The notes: a model not told the origin generated them from the letters alone. Positions 1-12,995 are shown, counted from the first letter of the stretch. The stretch is DNA of 64,000 nt from Sphyrna mokarran (GCA_024679065.1 JAGIQG010000009.1:90396001-90460000); one strand, 5' to 3'. Translations and numbers: made by a program.

Positions 1-599
1 AAGGCAAAGGCTGTTGGCCCTGACAATACTCCAGTAATTGTACTGAAGACTTGTGTTCCACAACTTGCCACTGCCCTCACCAAGCTCTTCCTGTATAACT
101 ACAACAGTGGCATCTAACCAGAAATGTGGAACATTTTTCAGCTATGTCCTGTACACAAGAAACAAACCCAGCCAGACCAAATACCGCCCTATCAGCTCCA
201 TCAGTAAAAGGATAGAAAGGCAATCAACAATACTATCAAACAGTACTTACTCATTAATAACCTGCTTATGGATGGTCAGTTTAGGTTCTGCCAGCATCAC
301 TCACCTCCTGACCTCATTACAGCATTGGTTCAAACATGGACAAAAGAGCTGAATACTAGAGGTGAGGGTGACTGCCATTGGATGAAGGCAGCATCCTCTT
401 CACTGCCTGCTTTCCCACCTATTTCAGCATCATCCACAAACTTTGCTACATTACACTCTGTCCCTGCCTGCAGATTCTTTGTATAGATTCTAAACAGTTG
501 ATATCTGAGGGCTGAGCCCTGAGGGACCCTGCTAGCTACATTTCAACAACCAGAGAAGGAGTCATTGATCCCTACTCTGTACTTTCTGTCAGTGCATGA

Positions 600-2315
600 A
601 CATTCTATAATGAGGAACACTTGCAGCAAATGGACAGACCCCCTCACACCTGGTTTAGTTATCAGCATCACGAAAACAAATGTCATTGTCCAGATGTTAC
701 CATTCTACCATCGATCAACATTAAAATCAATTCCCACTGCAAAAGCTGCAGTTGTTGTGTCCAAACTGAGTACGAGCGTGTAAAACAAGAGAAACATGAT
801 TATAAACACCATCCAATTTTCTTTTGAAATTTTTTATTGGCTGGAATTCTCCAGCTGTTCATGGCCTACTGCTGCTCCAGTGAGAATTTAGCGTTCAGCC
901 AAATCTCCGTTCACTGCAGTGATTGGGAGAATCCTAGCTGTGGGTGAGATTAGAGAATCTGGCACATTGTCTTTGCTTCCACCTTCCTTGTGGGCAGTGA
1001 GTTACAGATCATTATCATTAGCTCCATAAAAAATGTTCTTCCTCGTATTCCCTCTTACCAAAGTCTTAAACTATGTCTCTTAATCCTTGTACTATTTGTC
1101 AAACTAATGCTGTCTTAAATGCTTTAATCACAGAAAATCGTTCCTCTTCAAGGACTAAGGATATTCTGGAAGAATTTGTGTTTTTAAAAAAACTCCGCTC
1201 TTTAAGTGTTAGTTCAGGGGCTCTGGTTGCTGCTGTTCCTGGTAAAGACAGCATATTACATGAAAAGGTAATTAAGCAGTTTTAAAGAAGCTGGTGAACT
1301 ATTTACAGAAGGGTCACATTTTGAAATAAAACCATACCTGGAAAACTGTGTTTAAAAGCTGGTAGGCTGATTTGCTTTTGGGGGGATGGGGGGCTGAGGG
1401 GGGGAGTGTGGGAAGGGGAAGGATCAAGTTCTTGACCCAATCCAAAGATGAAGACAAATGGAAGTTGCTCCAAACTCGCTCTAAATTCTGAATTGGACTG
1501 ACTGTAAGATTCCCTTGAAATACATCTGAAAAGTGGGCAAGAGCCATTGACTATTTCTCAGACCTGTAAGTCAACCAGACTCTATTTCAAGGACTTAATC
1601 CTTTTCCTTTGAACCATTAATTTTTAACAATTTGGCAGAATTCTTCTATTGTATCTTTTTGTGTGTGAGTTAAGGTATTTATGAAGAGTAATAGTTGTAC
1701 TTTCACATTTCGTAGTCTATGCTACTAAGCTAAGACACTTGACAAAAGTAGTTTTATAATAAATTGATAATTTTTTTGTGTATTGAAGAGATTAATGGGT
1801 GAAGCACATACTTAGTCATGTAGCTGGCTGAGAAAATAATTTAAATAGAAATTGTAACCCATGGTGTAGCAGAACTAGAGACAGATAGGGCACTCCCTCC
1901 ATTCGGGTTGTAACAATGGAAACAGTTTTCTTTATCTCTCTTATCTAAATTTTTCTTGATCTTGCATTCCCCTGTAAAATCTCTCCTCAATATCCTTTGC
2001 CCCAAAGGGAACAATGCCTGCTTCTCCAATTTAATCTTGCAGCTAAAGTCCCTCATCCTTGGATTAAAACAAGGTCAACAACCCCAGAGGTCTTGGAGTG
2101 TGCTGTCACCATCAGTGTACACACATTGCTAAGTCAATGATGTCTGCACTGGCTCAGTCACATAGATTGGACAGCAGCTGTATATCCAAAGATCTTCTGC
2201 AGACTGCACTGACCACTGGATGCTGGGCATCTGTATCTCTGCAACAAGGACAGCCATAAGCAGCATATGACGATCGCGGACATCGCCAACTGACAACTGA
2301 GAGACAGTCACCAAC
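600..2315 (+). mobile_element. RTE (BovB-like) LINE relic split by a MITE (~838-965), a CR1 piece and a probable solo LTR (~1097-1915)
   Basis: Peptide remnants QQMDR..GL.ISI.KTNV..Q..PSINI and YTLLSQ..LHWLSH..PKDLL; the LTR-like block begins TGTCA and ends TAACA inside a CR1 3' fragment. Confidence 0.55.
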
Positions 2316-2916
2316 ATGGAGGATAATAATTCATGATTAGGCAAATGTGTAATAAGGGCAGTAGTGACACGATCCTGGGAAAGTCCAACCTGAGTGAACT
2401 GGTTATTGCTAAGTATGTGTTGTTTTATAGCACTGTCAATGACCCTTTCTATCACTTCGTTGATGATCAAGAGTAGACTGTGGGCTGGTTATTGCCTGGA
2501 TTGGCTTCTTCCTGTTTCTTATATACAGGGCATAGCAGGTCCATGTTGTAATTGTACTGAAACACCTTGACTAGTGCAGCTGTAGGTTCTGGAGCACAAG
2601 TAATATTGTCAGGACCCATTGCCTTTGCAATGTCCAGTGTCTTCAGCTGTTTCTTCATATGAAGAGTGAATTAAAGCTTGAAGACTGAACTGCTGGTGAC
2701 CCCTGGAGGAGGCTGAGATGGATCATCCACTTGGCACTTCTGGCTGAACATTGTTGAAAATGCTTCAGCCTTATCTTTTGCACTGATGTGCTGGGCTCTT
2801 CCATCATTGGCAATGGGGTTACAGGTGAAACTTCCTCCTCCAGTGAATTACTTAATTATCCAGCATCACGCACAGTTGGATGCGGCAGGATTGCAGAGCT
2901 TAGATATGATATGCAA

Positions 2917-3292
2917 TGGATGCTATAGAGAAGTATAGAAAATGCAGGGCAGGGAAATACTTTAAAAAGGAATCAGGAGAGTAAAGAGACAAATGAAAAA
3001 CCCTGGCAGTAAAACAAAGGAAAATCCCAAAGTGTTTTCTAAGTATATTAAGGAATAATGGGTAACCAGGGAAAGAGGAGAGTCCATTAGGGACCAAAAT
3101 GGCAACCAGTGTGGAAAGGCAAAAGATGGAGGTGAGTATGAACTGAGTATTTTGCATCTGTGTTCACTATGGAGAAGAATAATATTGGTGTAGAAAGCAG
3201 GGAAGTAGATTGTAATAAATTGAACAGATTAACATTGAAAAGGAAAAGGTGTTAGTGGTTCTAATAGTCTTAAAAATGGATACATTTCCAGG
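2917..3292 (+). repeat. 376-bp inverted near-identical copy of 4106-4481 (internal CR1 fragment)
   Basis: ORFs 2900..3157(-) and 4241..4510(+) are nearly identical; the insert is absent from the paralog at ~24400. Confidence 0.9.
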
Positions 3293-4009
3293 ATATGATC
3301 ATTGTTTGTGGGATCATTTAGCTCCATCTATTACTTGCTACTTATCTGTTTGGTGTGCAAGTGGTCCTGTGTTGAGCTAAGTTTAGCTCTGCCTGGTGTT
3401 ATTCCTGATAAGCCCTCCTGCACTCCTAATTAAACCAGCATGGTGGTAATGGTAGAGTGGGGGATATGCAGGGCCACGAGGTTACAGATTGTGGTTGAGT
3501 ACAATTCTGGCATTGTGGCAGTGTGATGCAGCATGCTTTTTAAAATTAATTTGTGGAGTGTAAGCATTGCTGGCTATTCCAGCATTTATTGCCCATCCTT
3601 AAAAGACATTCAAATGGTAGTGGTGAACTGCTTTCTTCAGCCGCTGCACCTGTGGTGTATGTATAGTTAGTGCTGTTGGGGACAGAGTTTCAGGATCTTG
3701 ACCCAGCAACAGTGAAGTAACAGCAATACAACAAACTTATAAGGTTGGTGTGCCATGTACCTGCTGCATTTACCCTTCTAGATGGAGCTTTGGTGAGTTC
3801 TTGTAGTACATGTTTCTGATGGTGCACAGTGCTGCTGTTACTGCGTGTCATTTGTCATAATCCAGGTCAAAACTGTGTGCCGTAATACGGTCTGTCTGAG
3901 ACCAGAACTCTCTACTCATCTGACAAAGGGGCAAACCCTGAGAACTTGTGGGTTTACTATCAAATAAACTCATTAGACTTTAACCTGGTGTTGTGAGACT
4001 TCTTACTTG

Positions 4010-4640
4010 TTGACCTCTCCTATAGCCAGACAGGATTTGAAAATTAGTTTCAGAGCAATCTCCTTCCTTGCTTCATACAGTAATCCAGGATACATCTCAT
4101 CTGAACCTGGAAATGTATCCATTTTTAAGACTATTAGAACCACTAACACCTCTTCCTTTTCAATGTTAATCTGTTCAATTTATTACAATCTACTTCCCTG
4201 CTTTCTACACCAATATTATTCTTCTCCATAGTGAACACAGATGCAAAATACTCAGTTCATACTCACCTCCATCTTTTGCCTTTCCACACTGGTTGCCATT
4301 TTGGTCCCTAATGGACTCGCCTCTTTCCCTGGTTACCCATTATTCCTTAATATACTTAGAAAACACTTTGGGATTTTCCTTTGTTTTACTGCCAGGGTTT
4401 TTCATTTGTCTCTTTACTCTCCTGATTCCTTTTTAAAGTATTTCCCTGCCCTGCATTTTCTATACTTCTCTATAGCATCCAATGTTTTTAAACTCTTGTA
4501 TTTGTCATAAGCCTCTCCTTTTTCCTTACCAGTCCAATCCTCGATATCCAGGTTTTTCTGGATCTCTTGTGTCACTTTATGGGACCATGTTGACCCTATA
4601 CTCTCTCTATTTCATTTTTGAATGACTTCCATTGCTCTGA
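4010..4640 (-). mobile_element. Decayed CR1 LINE ORF2 fragment
   Basis: Remnants ENPKVF.KYI..RVTRE..GP..DQ.G, YFASVFT, PG.DE. Confidence 0.7.
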
Positions 4641-4954
4641 TGTGGGATTGGGTTCATTTTCCTTAGGCAGCAGAATCAGAGGGAGAGGGAGAAGAGACAG
4701 CAGAATAGACAAACTGTTCATAGAGCGGATGAGGAGCTGGCGGGCTGTCACCAGGAGGCCCACTCAGGCCTTTTATGGAGCCCTCAACCAGTGTGTTCAG
4801 TGGTTCTGCATCACTGGGAGGTGGTCACTGAACTTACTACTAGTGCGTGCCTGCTAACTTGGCAACTGTCATTACACATTCATCTGCAATAATCAACAGT
4901 TACATCCAACTTTCATTCTCCACAATTACTCAGCAGCAAGGCCTAGCCACCGCA

Positions 4955-5205
4955 CATCTGGAAAGGGAAAAGACACTGAGGCCAGGACACTGGGGTTAAT
5001 AATAAACATCTGGAATGGGAAAGGGCACTGAGGCCAGGACACTGGTGTCAATAATAAACATCTGGAATGGGAAAGGGCACTGAGGCCAGGACACTGGGGT
5101 TAATAATAAACATCTGGAATGGGAAAGGGCACTGAGGCTAGGACACTGGGGTTAATAATAAACACCTGGAATGGGAAAGGGCACTGAGGCCAGGACATTG
5201 GTGTC
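4955..5205 (+). repeat. 52-bp minisatellite, left part (~5 copies)
   Basis: Unit AATAATAAACATCTGGAATGGGAAAGGGCACTGAGGCCAGGACACTGGGGTT. Confidence 0.92.
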
Positions 5206-5207
5206 TT

Positions 5208-7142
5208 TGTTATAATCCAGGTCAGAAACTCCAAGGTATTTCACGAAATCAGCCTAGACCTTAGGTTTTGCATTTTGAATTTGTTACGGGTAAGTATAAG
5301 ATGTTTCACTTCAGGTATGGTTCAAATAATCCACTAGGAAGCTTCTATCCTTCTGCTTTTCTTCTCTGTCAAAATACCTTTCAAACATGGTCACATTACA
5401 TACTCAGTGAATTTTCCTACTATTTGGTATATTCATCAAATAATTCACCTCACTCAATTTCCTTTTAATTTGATAAGGCCTAATAAATGTTGGCTTTTAA
5501 AGGTTCACTTACCAATGGTACCAGTACTTTATTCCCATTAGCTCCATTAGCAAAACTATGAATTTTTGATTTCTTATCCACTTCCTGTTTCATCACATGC
5601 TGTGCCACTTTTAAATGTTGTCTAATCAATTCAGTTGCTCTATTTAACCTTTCCCTAAAATTTGACACATAGTCCAATAATGTGGTCTCAGAATGCTGAC
5701 TCACCAAATTCTCAATCAATTTCAATAGTCCTCTTACCTCATGACCAAAAATCAATTCCAATAGATTGAATTTGGTTGATTCATTAAGCGCATTCCTGAC
5801 TGTAAAAGTTACAAATCCTCTGGATAATCTTGACAATGAGCCCATAACATTGTCTTTAAAGTTTGATGTCATCACATCCCTGTGATTCTGGATGGTATGC
5901 AGTTGATTTAAATTATTTTATTCCTAAGCTATCTATAACTTCCTTGAACAACTTTGATGTAAAATTTGATCCTTGATCTGATTGTATTTCTGTGGGTAGT
6001 CCATATAGAACAAAGAACAAAGAAAATTACAGCACAGGAACAGGCCTTTCAACCCGCCAAGCCTGCATTCACCACGCTGCCCAACTTAACTAAAACCACC
6101 TAAACGTCCAGGGACCATATCCCTCTATTCCCATCCTATTCATGTACTTAGCAAGATGCTCCTTTTTTTCCACTTCTACTATCTACCCCGGCAATGAATT
6201 CCAGGCAACCACCACTCTCTGTGTAAAAAATCTGCCTCATACATCTCCTTTAAATCTTGTCTCTCGCATCTTAAACCTATGCCCCCTAGTAATTGACTAT
6301 TCCACTCTGGGAAAAAGCTTCTGACCATTCACTCTGTCCATGCCTCTCATAATCTTGTAGACTTCTATCAGGTCTCCCCTCAACCTCCATCGCTCCAGTG
6401 AGAACAAATCAAGTTTGTCCTACCGCTCCTCATAGTAAATACCTTACATACCAGGCAATATCCTGGTAAATCTTTTCTGTACCCTCTCCAAAGCCTCCAC
6501 ATCCTTCTGGTAGTGTGACATCAGAATTGAACACTATATTCCAAGTGTGACCGAACTAAGTTTCTATAAAGCTGCAAAGTGACTTGCCAATTTTTAAACA
6601 CAATACCCCGGCTGATGAAGGTAAATGTGCCGTAAGCCTCCTTGACTACTTTCTCCATCTGCATTGCCACTTTCAGTGACCTGTGTATCTGTACACACAG
6701 ATCCCTCTGCTTATCAAAATCTGTATTAGATCTTCCAAAATGCATTACCTCACATTTGTCTGGATTAAACTCCAGTTGCCATCTCTCCGTGCAAATCTCC
6801 AAACTGATCTATATCCTGCTGTATTCTCTGATGGTCTTCATTACTCTCTGCAAGTTGGCCAATCTTTGTTTCATCCTTAAACTTAATAATCAATCCAGTA
6901 ACATTTTCCTCCAACTCATTTATATATATTGCAAACAGCACAATGTAGTAAAACATTTAAGTAATTTCTCTATAATCCTTTAGCTGTAATATTGCATAAT
7001 GGGATAGCTCTGGAAACTGAGTAGACACATCCCTTATAGTCAATAGATACTGAATCCCCCTTTTTGTTTTAATTAAGACTCGGATAAATAGTTCCTTAAA
7101 TGCTGGAATGGGTATTAAGGGCACTGGTTTTATCATCACTTG
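5208..7142 (-). mobile_element. Gypsy/Ty3 LTR retrotransposon remnant (integrase + 3' LTR), interrupted by CR1
   Basis: IKPVPLIPIPAF..F.RVLI..KTKRG.QYLLTI.D.STQFPE (ORF 6957..7169) and EST.F..ELIFGHEVRG.L.L (ORF 5480..5875); LTR ends ..TATAACA at 5208. Confidence 0.8.
6006..6945 (-). mobile_element. CR1 LINE 3' part inserted in the Gypsy integrase
   Basis: WQLEFNPDKCEVMHFG, RDL.VQ.H.SLK, LY..LVR.HLEY.VQF; short tandem-repeat tail at 6006-6025. Confidence 0.9.
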
Positions 7143-7422
7143 AAGCCAGGATATTGGGGTCATTAACAAACACCTGGAATCGGAAAGGGCACTGAGGCCA
7201 AGGCAGTGGGATCATTAATAAACATCTGGAATGGGAAAGGACACTGAAGCCAAGGCACTGGAGTCATTAATAAACATCTGGAATCGGAAAGGGCATTGAG
7301 ACCAGGACACTGGAGTCATTAATAAATATCTGGAATGGGAAAGGGCACTGAGACCAGGACACTGGGGTCATTAAACATCTGGAATAGGAAAGGGCACTGA
7401 GGCCAGGACACTGGGGTCATTA
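7141..7422 (+). repeat. 52-bp minisatellite, right part (~5.5 copies)
   Basis: Same unit as 4955-5205. Confidence 0.9.
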
Positions 7423-7448
7423 AAATATATTTGTGCTCTTCCTATAAT

Positions 7449-8232
7449 AAGAAGTCTCACAACAGGTTTATTTAGTTACATAAGCCACATGCTTTCGGAG
7501 TGCTGCTCCCTCATAAGGTGAGTGGGAGTTCCGTTCACAAACAGGGCATATGAAGACACAAACTCAATTTACAAAATAATGGTTGGAATGTGAGTCTTTA
7601 TAGGTAATCAAGTCTTAAAGGTACAATGTGAATGGAGAGAGGGTTAAGCACAGGTTAAAGAGATGTGTATTATCTTCAGCCAGGACACAGTGAAATTTTG
7701 CAACTCCTGGCAAGTCATTACAGACAATGTGACATGAACTCAAGATCCCAGTTGAGGCCATCCTCATGTGTGAGGAACTTGACTATCAGTCTCTGCTCAG
7801 TGGCTCTGCATTGTCCTGTGTTGTGAAGGCTGCCTAGGAGAACATATACCTGAAGACCAGAGGTCGAATGCCCGTGACTGCTGAAATGTTCTCCAACAGG
7901 GAGACAACACTCTTGCCTGGTAATTGTCAAGCAGTCTTCATTCATCCATTGTCATAGTATTTGCATGGTTTCCCCAATGCCCAGGGACCCGCCTGGGATT
8001 GCAAAATACCTTTAAGACTTGATTACCCATAAAGACTCGCATACCAATCATTAGTTTGTAAACTGAGTTTGTGCCTTTATATGCCCTGTTTGTGAACAGA
8101 ACTCCCAGGTAAAGGAACAGTGCTCTGAAAGCTGGTAGCTTGTGCTACCAAATAAACCTGTTGAACTTTAACCTGGTGTTGTGAGACTTCTTACTGCATT
8201 TACCCCAGTCCAATGCCGGCATCAACACATCA
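7449..8232 (-). mobile_element. Penelope-like element: GIY-YIG endonuclease remnant with inverted pLTR arrangement
   Basis: ORF 7718..7945 LPVGEHFS..GH...EQRLI.KF.THEDGLN; 7449-7624 is an inverted copy of ~8007-8193. Confidence 0.75.
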
Positions 8233-9684
8233 TCTTTTCTTATAACCCAATTTATTGAAACCCTATATCCATCACTGTGAGTATGCCACCTTCCTCTATC
8301 TCAGATTCTGTGGTCTTCCCCTACTCACTAATATAGAGACAAATCATGAGGGAGGGGGTGAACGCTGAGTGTCTTTTGCCCTCTCAGTATCCTCCAAACA
8401 GAGGCACTATCCAGTATGTATCCCATCCTAATCCTAACCATTCCTCCAGCTTTGCAATACAGTGGATATGGTGCAGTTCATGACCATGTTAGCAGAGGAT
8501 GCTAGGACACTATTACACTATAGAGAAAAACAACTCCCATTCTGACACCTTCACCCAGAGACAGCTGACTCCACAGAAAGCTGAATTCTAATTGGCCAAT
8601 TTGGGCTTTCATCTGGTTTGTACTTGCATATCCTGTATTTCTGGCCTCTTCAGGACTGGTTTCCGCTCTTGGGACTTTCCAACCCATGATATCTCATAAT
8701 AAAATGTTACCCTATCAAGAGTAATCCTAAGAGTTTCGCTGTGTTATTATCTATAGTAATGTTAGAATGTTCCAGTAACTGTTAATAACCTCACCCCATT
8801 CCATCTGATGTCCAAAAATATATTTAATCTATAAATGTCATTACAAAATACTTCATTTATAAATGTAATTACAAAATAATTGCATGGAAAATTACAAAAT
8901 AATTCCACTTTTTTAACTCTATGCAATTTTAATATTCTTGATATTTACTGAATACATTTCCATATCAAGCATACAGGCTGAAAGCAAAATATTTCAAATT
9001 GAATATGAAGCAAGTGCAATAGAATTCATTTCTATTGTGAGTAGAATAGCATGTCCCACTCTCAGGTGTTTCAATACAATTTCAAAGTTGCTGCCATTCA
9101 CATTGTGTATTCCATGTGGGACCTACAGCCTGAGGGGCTCTGCAGTAAACAATTTCCAGGCCCTCCATGTACAATGATTGAAGGACACCCTGGAAGATAC
9201 TCCTCACATTAATTCTCGTCTGACCCCAAACCAGATTGTACCTGTGCTTTCCAGTGTTACTGTACCAATATAGAATATTCATTTGTAAGGTGTTTATTAT
9301 ATTCACATTGTCACTTAGTGAATTATTTTTGAAGGTTAGCCGTCCATCCAATATTGAAAAGTTCAGCAGCCAATTTATGTGAGTCTTTTGGTGGTGTAGC
9401 ATGGGGAAGGATGTTGACCACTGATTTTTTTGGTATGTTTAACGTATCTTCACGTCCATAAAATGTTTTTTATTCCTTGGGGAATAGTGAGGGGAAGTAA
9501 TGGAAGAACTTTCAAGTTGATTATCAGCTGTTGAACTCTCCAGCCATGGCCAACAAGTCTTGGCATTGAAATTGAACCCGGAGCTTCTAGTTGAGTGGTA
9601 ACAGTGCTACCATTGAACAACAGGATCTCCACACCACTGATATTAATTGTATTTAATTGCATAGAGATTATGGACATTTCCAGA

Positions 9685-10038
9685 GAAGTGATGGCACAGT
9701 GGTATTGTCATTGGGCCAGTAATGCAGAGACGCAAGGTAATGCTCTGGGATCTGGGTTGAAATCTCGCCATGGCAGATGGTGAAATTTGAATTCAATAAA
9801 AATCTGGAATTAAAGGTCTTATGATGACCATGAAACCATTTTCGATTGTCAGAAAAGTCTATCTGGTCTTTACTGCTTTAGAGATGAAATCTGCTGTCCT
9901 TATCAGGTCTGGCCTTCAAGATCCACAGCCATGTGGTTTACATACCTAACAAATCATTCAGTTTGAGGATAATTAGGGATGGATAACAAATGCTGGCTGA
10001 GCCAGCAATGCCCACATCCCAGGAATGAATATTAAAAA
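9685..10038 (+). mobile_element. tRNA-derived SINE sharing its head with the LINE at 20205 and ending in a LINE-like tail
   Basis: A-box TGGCACAGTGG, B-box-like GGTTGAAATC; 9700-9940 resembles 20205-20440; 3' tail ATGAATATTAAAAAA. Confidence 0.6.
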
Positions 10039-10497
10039 ATTGGAGATTCACTTGAATCCCAATAGACACAGATTGAAATTGTGTTTATTTACACTGCTTA
10101 TAATTAGTAGCTGTGTAAATATAAAGGTGTGTAAAAATTGGCTCCAATTCTTCCTTAACCAATGAGTGACTAAGGAAGATTTATATTCCCTGAAGAGGAA
10201 ACAGACTAATGGGACCTTGCATTAACATAAAAACACCTCTGTCAAATCAACTTTCCATCCAATGTCTCCCCAATAGAGCCAGGAGAGTGGTTTTATCCAG
10301 AAACTCAGAAACTCAAAGTGGTAGACAGTCTCTGGAGAGACCAAGAAGGGACATTGAGCTGAAATACTGGCTGAGCCACATTTAACACAAGACACTGGCT
10401 GTGATTCTCCCATCCTGCTGGAATAGGCCAGGTTATTGTAAATCAGTTGATTTGTGGGGTTCCTGCAAACATTTCTGCTGCATTTCCATTTCCCAGC

Positions 10498-11352
10498 GCT
10501 GGAATTTTGGCAGGGTCTGTTTTGCACCAGAAATCGGTGGGAAGACGTGGAAATGATTGGAATAATAATTTCCCTACAATTTAAATGAGATTAGTGGGCT
10601 CAGGACTGAAAACAAGGTCTGCATGAGTTACCAACTTTTGGGAACTAGTGGCCCAACCCTGAGAAGGGGGATGCAATTGGAGCTCCAGGGGTCAGGTGGT
10701 GGGGATTTGATGCCCCCAGAGCATGGGTATCCTGCAGTGCCAGCCTGGGTCTCCTAGAACTGCTCAAGGGACAAGGTGCCCATGCCCAGGGGGCAAACCT
10801 ATGTGGGCAGTGCCACAGTGATAGATCCTATTTTGGGCAAATACCACGTAGGAGTTGGAGGGCCTTGCAGCTATTCTACATTGGGGGCAGGACAGAGGCC
10901 AGCCATCAGAGTGGGCTGCGGAGGTTGGGTTCTGTTGGGGAAGTGAGTCTGCCTGCGGGGGTGCCCATAGGGGAAGTTTGGGGATTTTCAATGTGAGGGG
11001 GCATTGGAGATCAGTGCAGCCTGGGATGGGGGAGGTAGCTGAGAATGGTCGGGGGGAGGCTGTGATTGGGTCATCGGATGTTTGAGAGGTGCATTAAGGG
11101 GGTCCCGAGCTGGCCAGCAAATGTGAGGCTGACAGTTTGGGGTGACTGTGTATGCGTAGAAGCTGCTGGTTTCAGCCTCCCAGGTGGGAATAGACCCCAT
11201 CCCCTGAAATGTAATGTCAATCGTGTTTGTGGCCTCTGCATTGCACAGAGTGTGGGAGATTCTAGTGTGAACTCCCACTGAAAAAATAATCGGGATTTCT
11301 ACCAGTTTCCTCATGAATTCAACACTTTGAATTTTCTGAGGAGAATTCCACC
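10498..11352. mobile_element. Probable non-autonomous DNA transposon (Harbinger-like)
   Basis: Termini GCTGGAATTTT..GGAGAATTCCACCC resemble the imperfect TIRs at 838-965, 37063-37246 and 15875-18648. Confidence 0.4.
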
Positions 11353-11399
11353 CACTGTCATGATTCATGTGTTGAAGTGTGCCAATGGACCAAGTGTTT

Positions 11400-12995
11400 G
11401 GAGGATTGGTATTTAAACATCTGTGGATGCACTGTATGCAAATTTCCAGAAGGCATTTGACACGATGCCACAGTGCAAAATGTTGTAGGGGTAACATATC
11501 AGAATGGAAAGAGAATTGGCTGGCTAACAGGAAGCAGAGAGTAAGCAGAAATTGATCTTTTTTCTGGTTGGTAGGATGTGATGAGTGGAGTGCCAAGGGG
11601 ATCAGTACTGGGGCATCAACTTTTTACAATTTATACCATTAACTTGGTAAAAGGTAATGTCGAGGTTGTTGAAAAGGACGAACTTCAAACAATGGCCATT
11701 ACAAAAATTCTGAGCAAATCATTGGGATTAAAGACAGACAAGTCTCCAGGGCTAGACAGCCTAACCTAGGGTCATAAAGGAAGTGACAACAGAGATAGTG
11801 AAGGCATTTGTTATAATATTCTAAAATTCCCTGAATTCTGGAAATGTTCCAGTGGATTGGAAAAAGATGTTTAAAAGGGAAGAAAGGCAGAAAGTAGGAA
11901 ACTGTAGACCAGTTAGTTTAACGACTGTATTGGAATGTTTTTGGGCTCCATTATTAAGGAAGTAGTACAAGACATTTGGAAAGTCAAAACACAATCCATC
12001 AGAGTCAATATGGTTTAAGAAGAATGAATCATATTTGAATTATTTGCTCGAGTTCTTTGAAGAAGAAATAAGCAAAGTGGATAATGGGTGTAGTGTCAAT
12101 GCTTTTATTTAGAGTTCCAGAAGGCATTTGATAAGATGCCATACAGGAGATTAATGCACAAGGTAAGATCCCATGTGATTGAGAGTAATATATTAGCTTG
12201 GATAGAAGACTGGCTAACCAACAGAAAGCAGACAACGGTAACAAATAAGCCTTTTTCTGGTTGGCAAACTAATGGAATGCCAGAGGGTGCAATCCTGTGC
12301 TCCAACTATTTATATAATCTACATTAATGACTTGGATACAGGCATAGATTGTACTATAGTTAATTTTCAGATGATATTAAAATAGATGCGATGTAAGTTG
12401 CAATGAGGAAATAAGAAATTTACGAATGAACATGAGTAGCTTAGGTGATTGGGCAAAATTATCAAATAGAATTTAATGTGGACAGGTGTATGGTTACTCA
12501 TTTTGGTCAGAGGAATAAAATGGCAACTCATTGTCTACACGAAGAGAAACTTCAGAATGCTTCGGTGTCGCGGGATCTGGGTATTCTTGTGCACAGATCA
12601 GAAAATTAGTATGCAGAAGGAGAAGGTAACGACTCAGGCAAATGGAATTTTGGCATTTGTTGCTCATGGAATACGGCATAAAAATAGGGAAGTTGTAACT
12701 CTGTAGGGTATTGGTGAGACTGAATCTGGAGTACTTCACTCAGTTCTATTCCCCTTACTTGAGAAATGATGTAACTCCATTGGAGATAGTTCAGAGAAGA
12801 TTCACTAGATTGATTCTAGAGATGAAGGACTTATTTTATAATGAGAGATTGAGCAGTTTAGCCAATATTCGCTGGAGTTTAGAAGAATGAGAGGAGATGT
12901 AATTGAGGTATATAAAATACGAAAGGATATTGATGTAGAGCGGATGTTTCTCTTTGTTGGACATTTGGGAATTAATTTTAGGCAGATTTAAAACA
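11400..12995 (+). mobile_element. Decayed CR1 LINE RT fragments
   Basis: SGVPRGSVLG.QLF.IY, KTDKSPG.D, WIEDWL.NRKQ, QANGILAF. Confidence 0.8.

Larger units (their letters stand above)
1..3850 (+). repeat. Segmental duplication copy A (paralogous to ~21436-24947; may extend left of the window)
   Basis: Same ordered mosaic of decayed TE fragments with shared lesions; duplicated ORF-track peptides (565..783 vs 21710..22150; 2467..2658 vs 23962..24153). Confidence 0.92.

Noticed and set aside
4955-7422. 52-bp repeats as a CRISPR array
   Set aside because: Head-to-tail units with no unique spacers, no cas genes, vertebrate context
10140-10280. CCAAT cluster as another SXY module
   Set aside because: No X1-like sequence at the expected spacing
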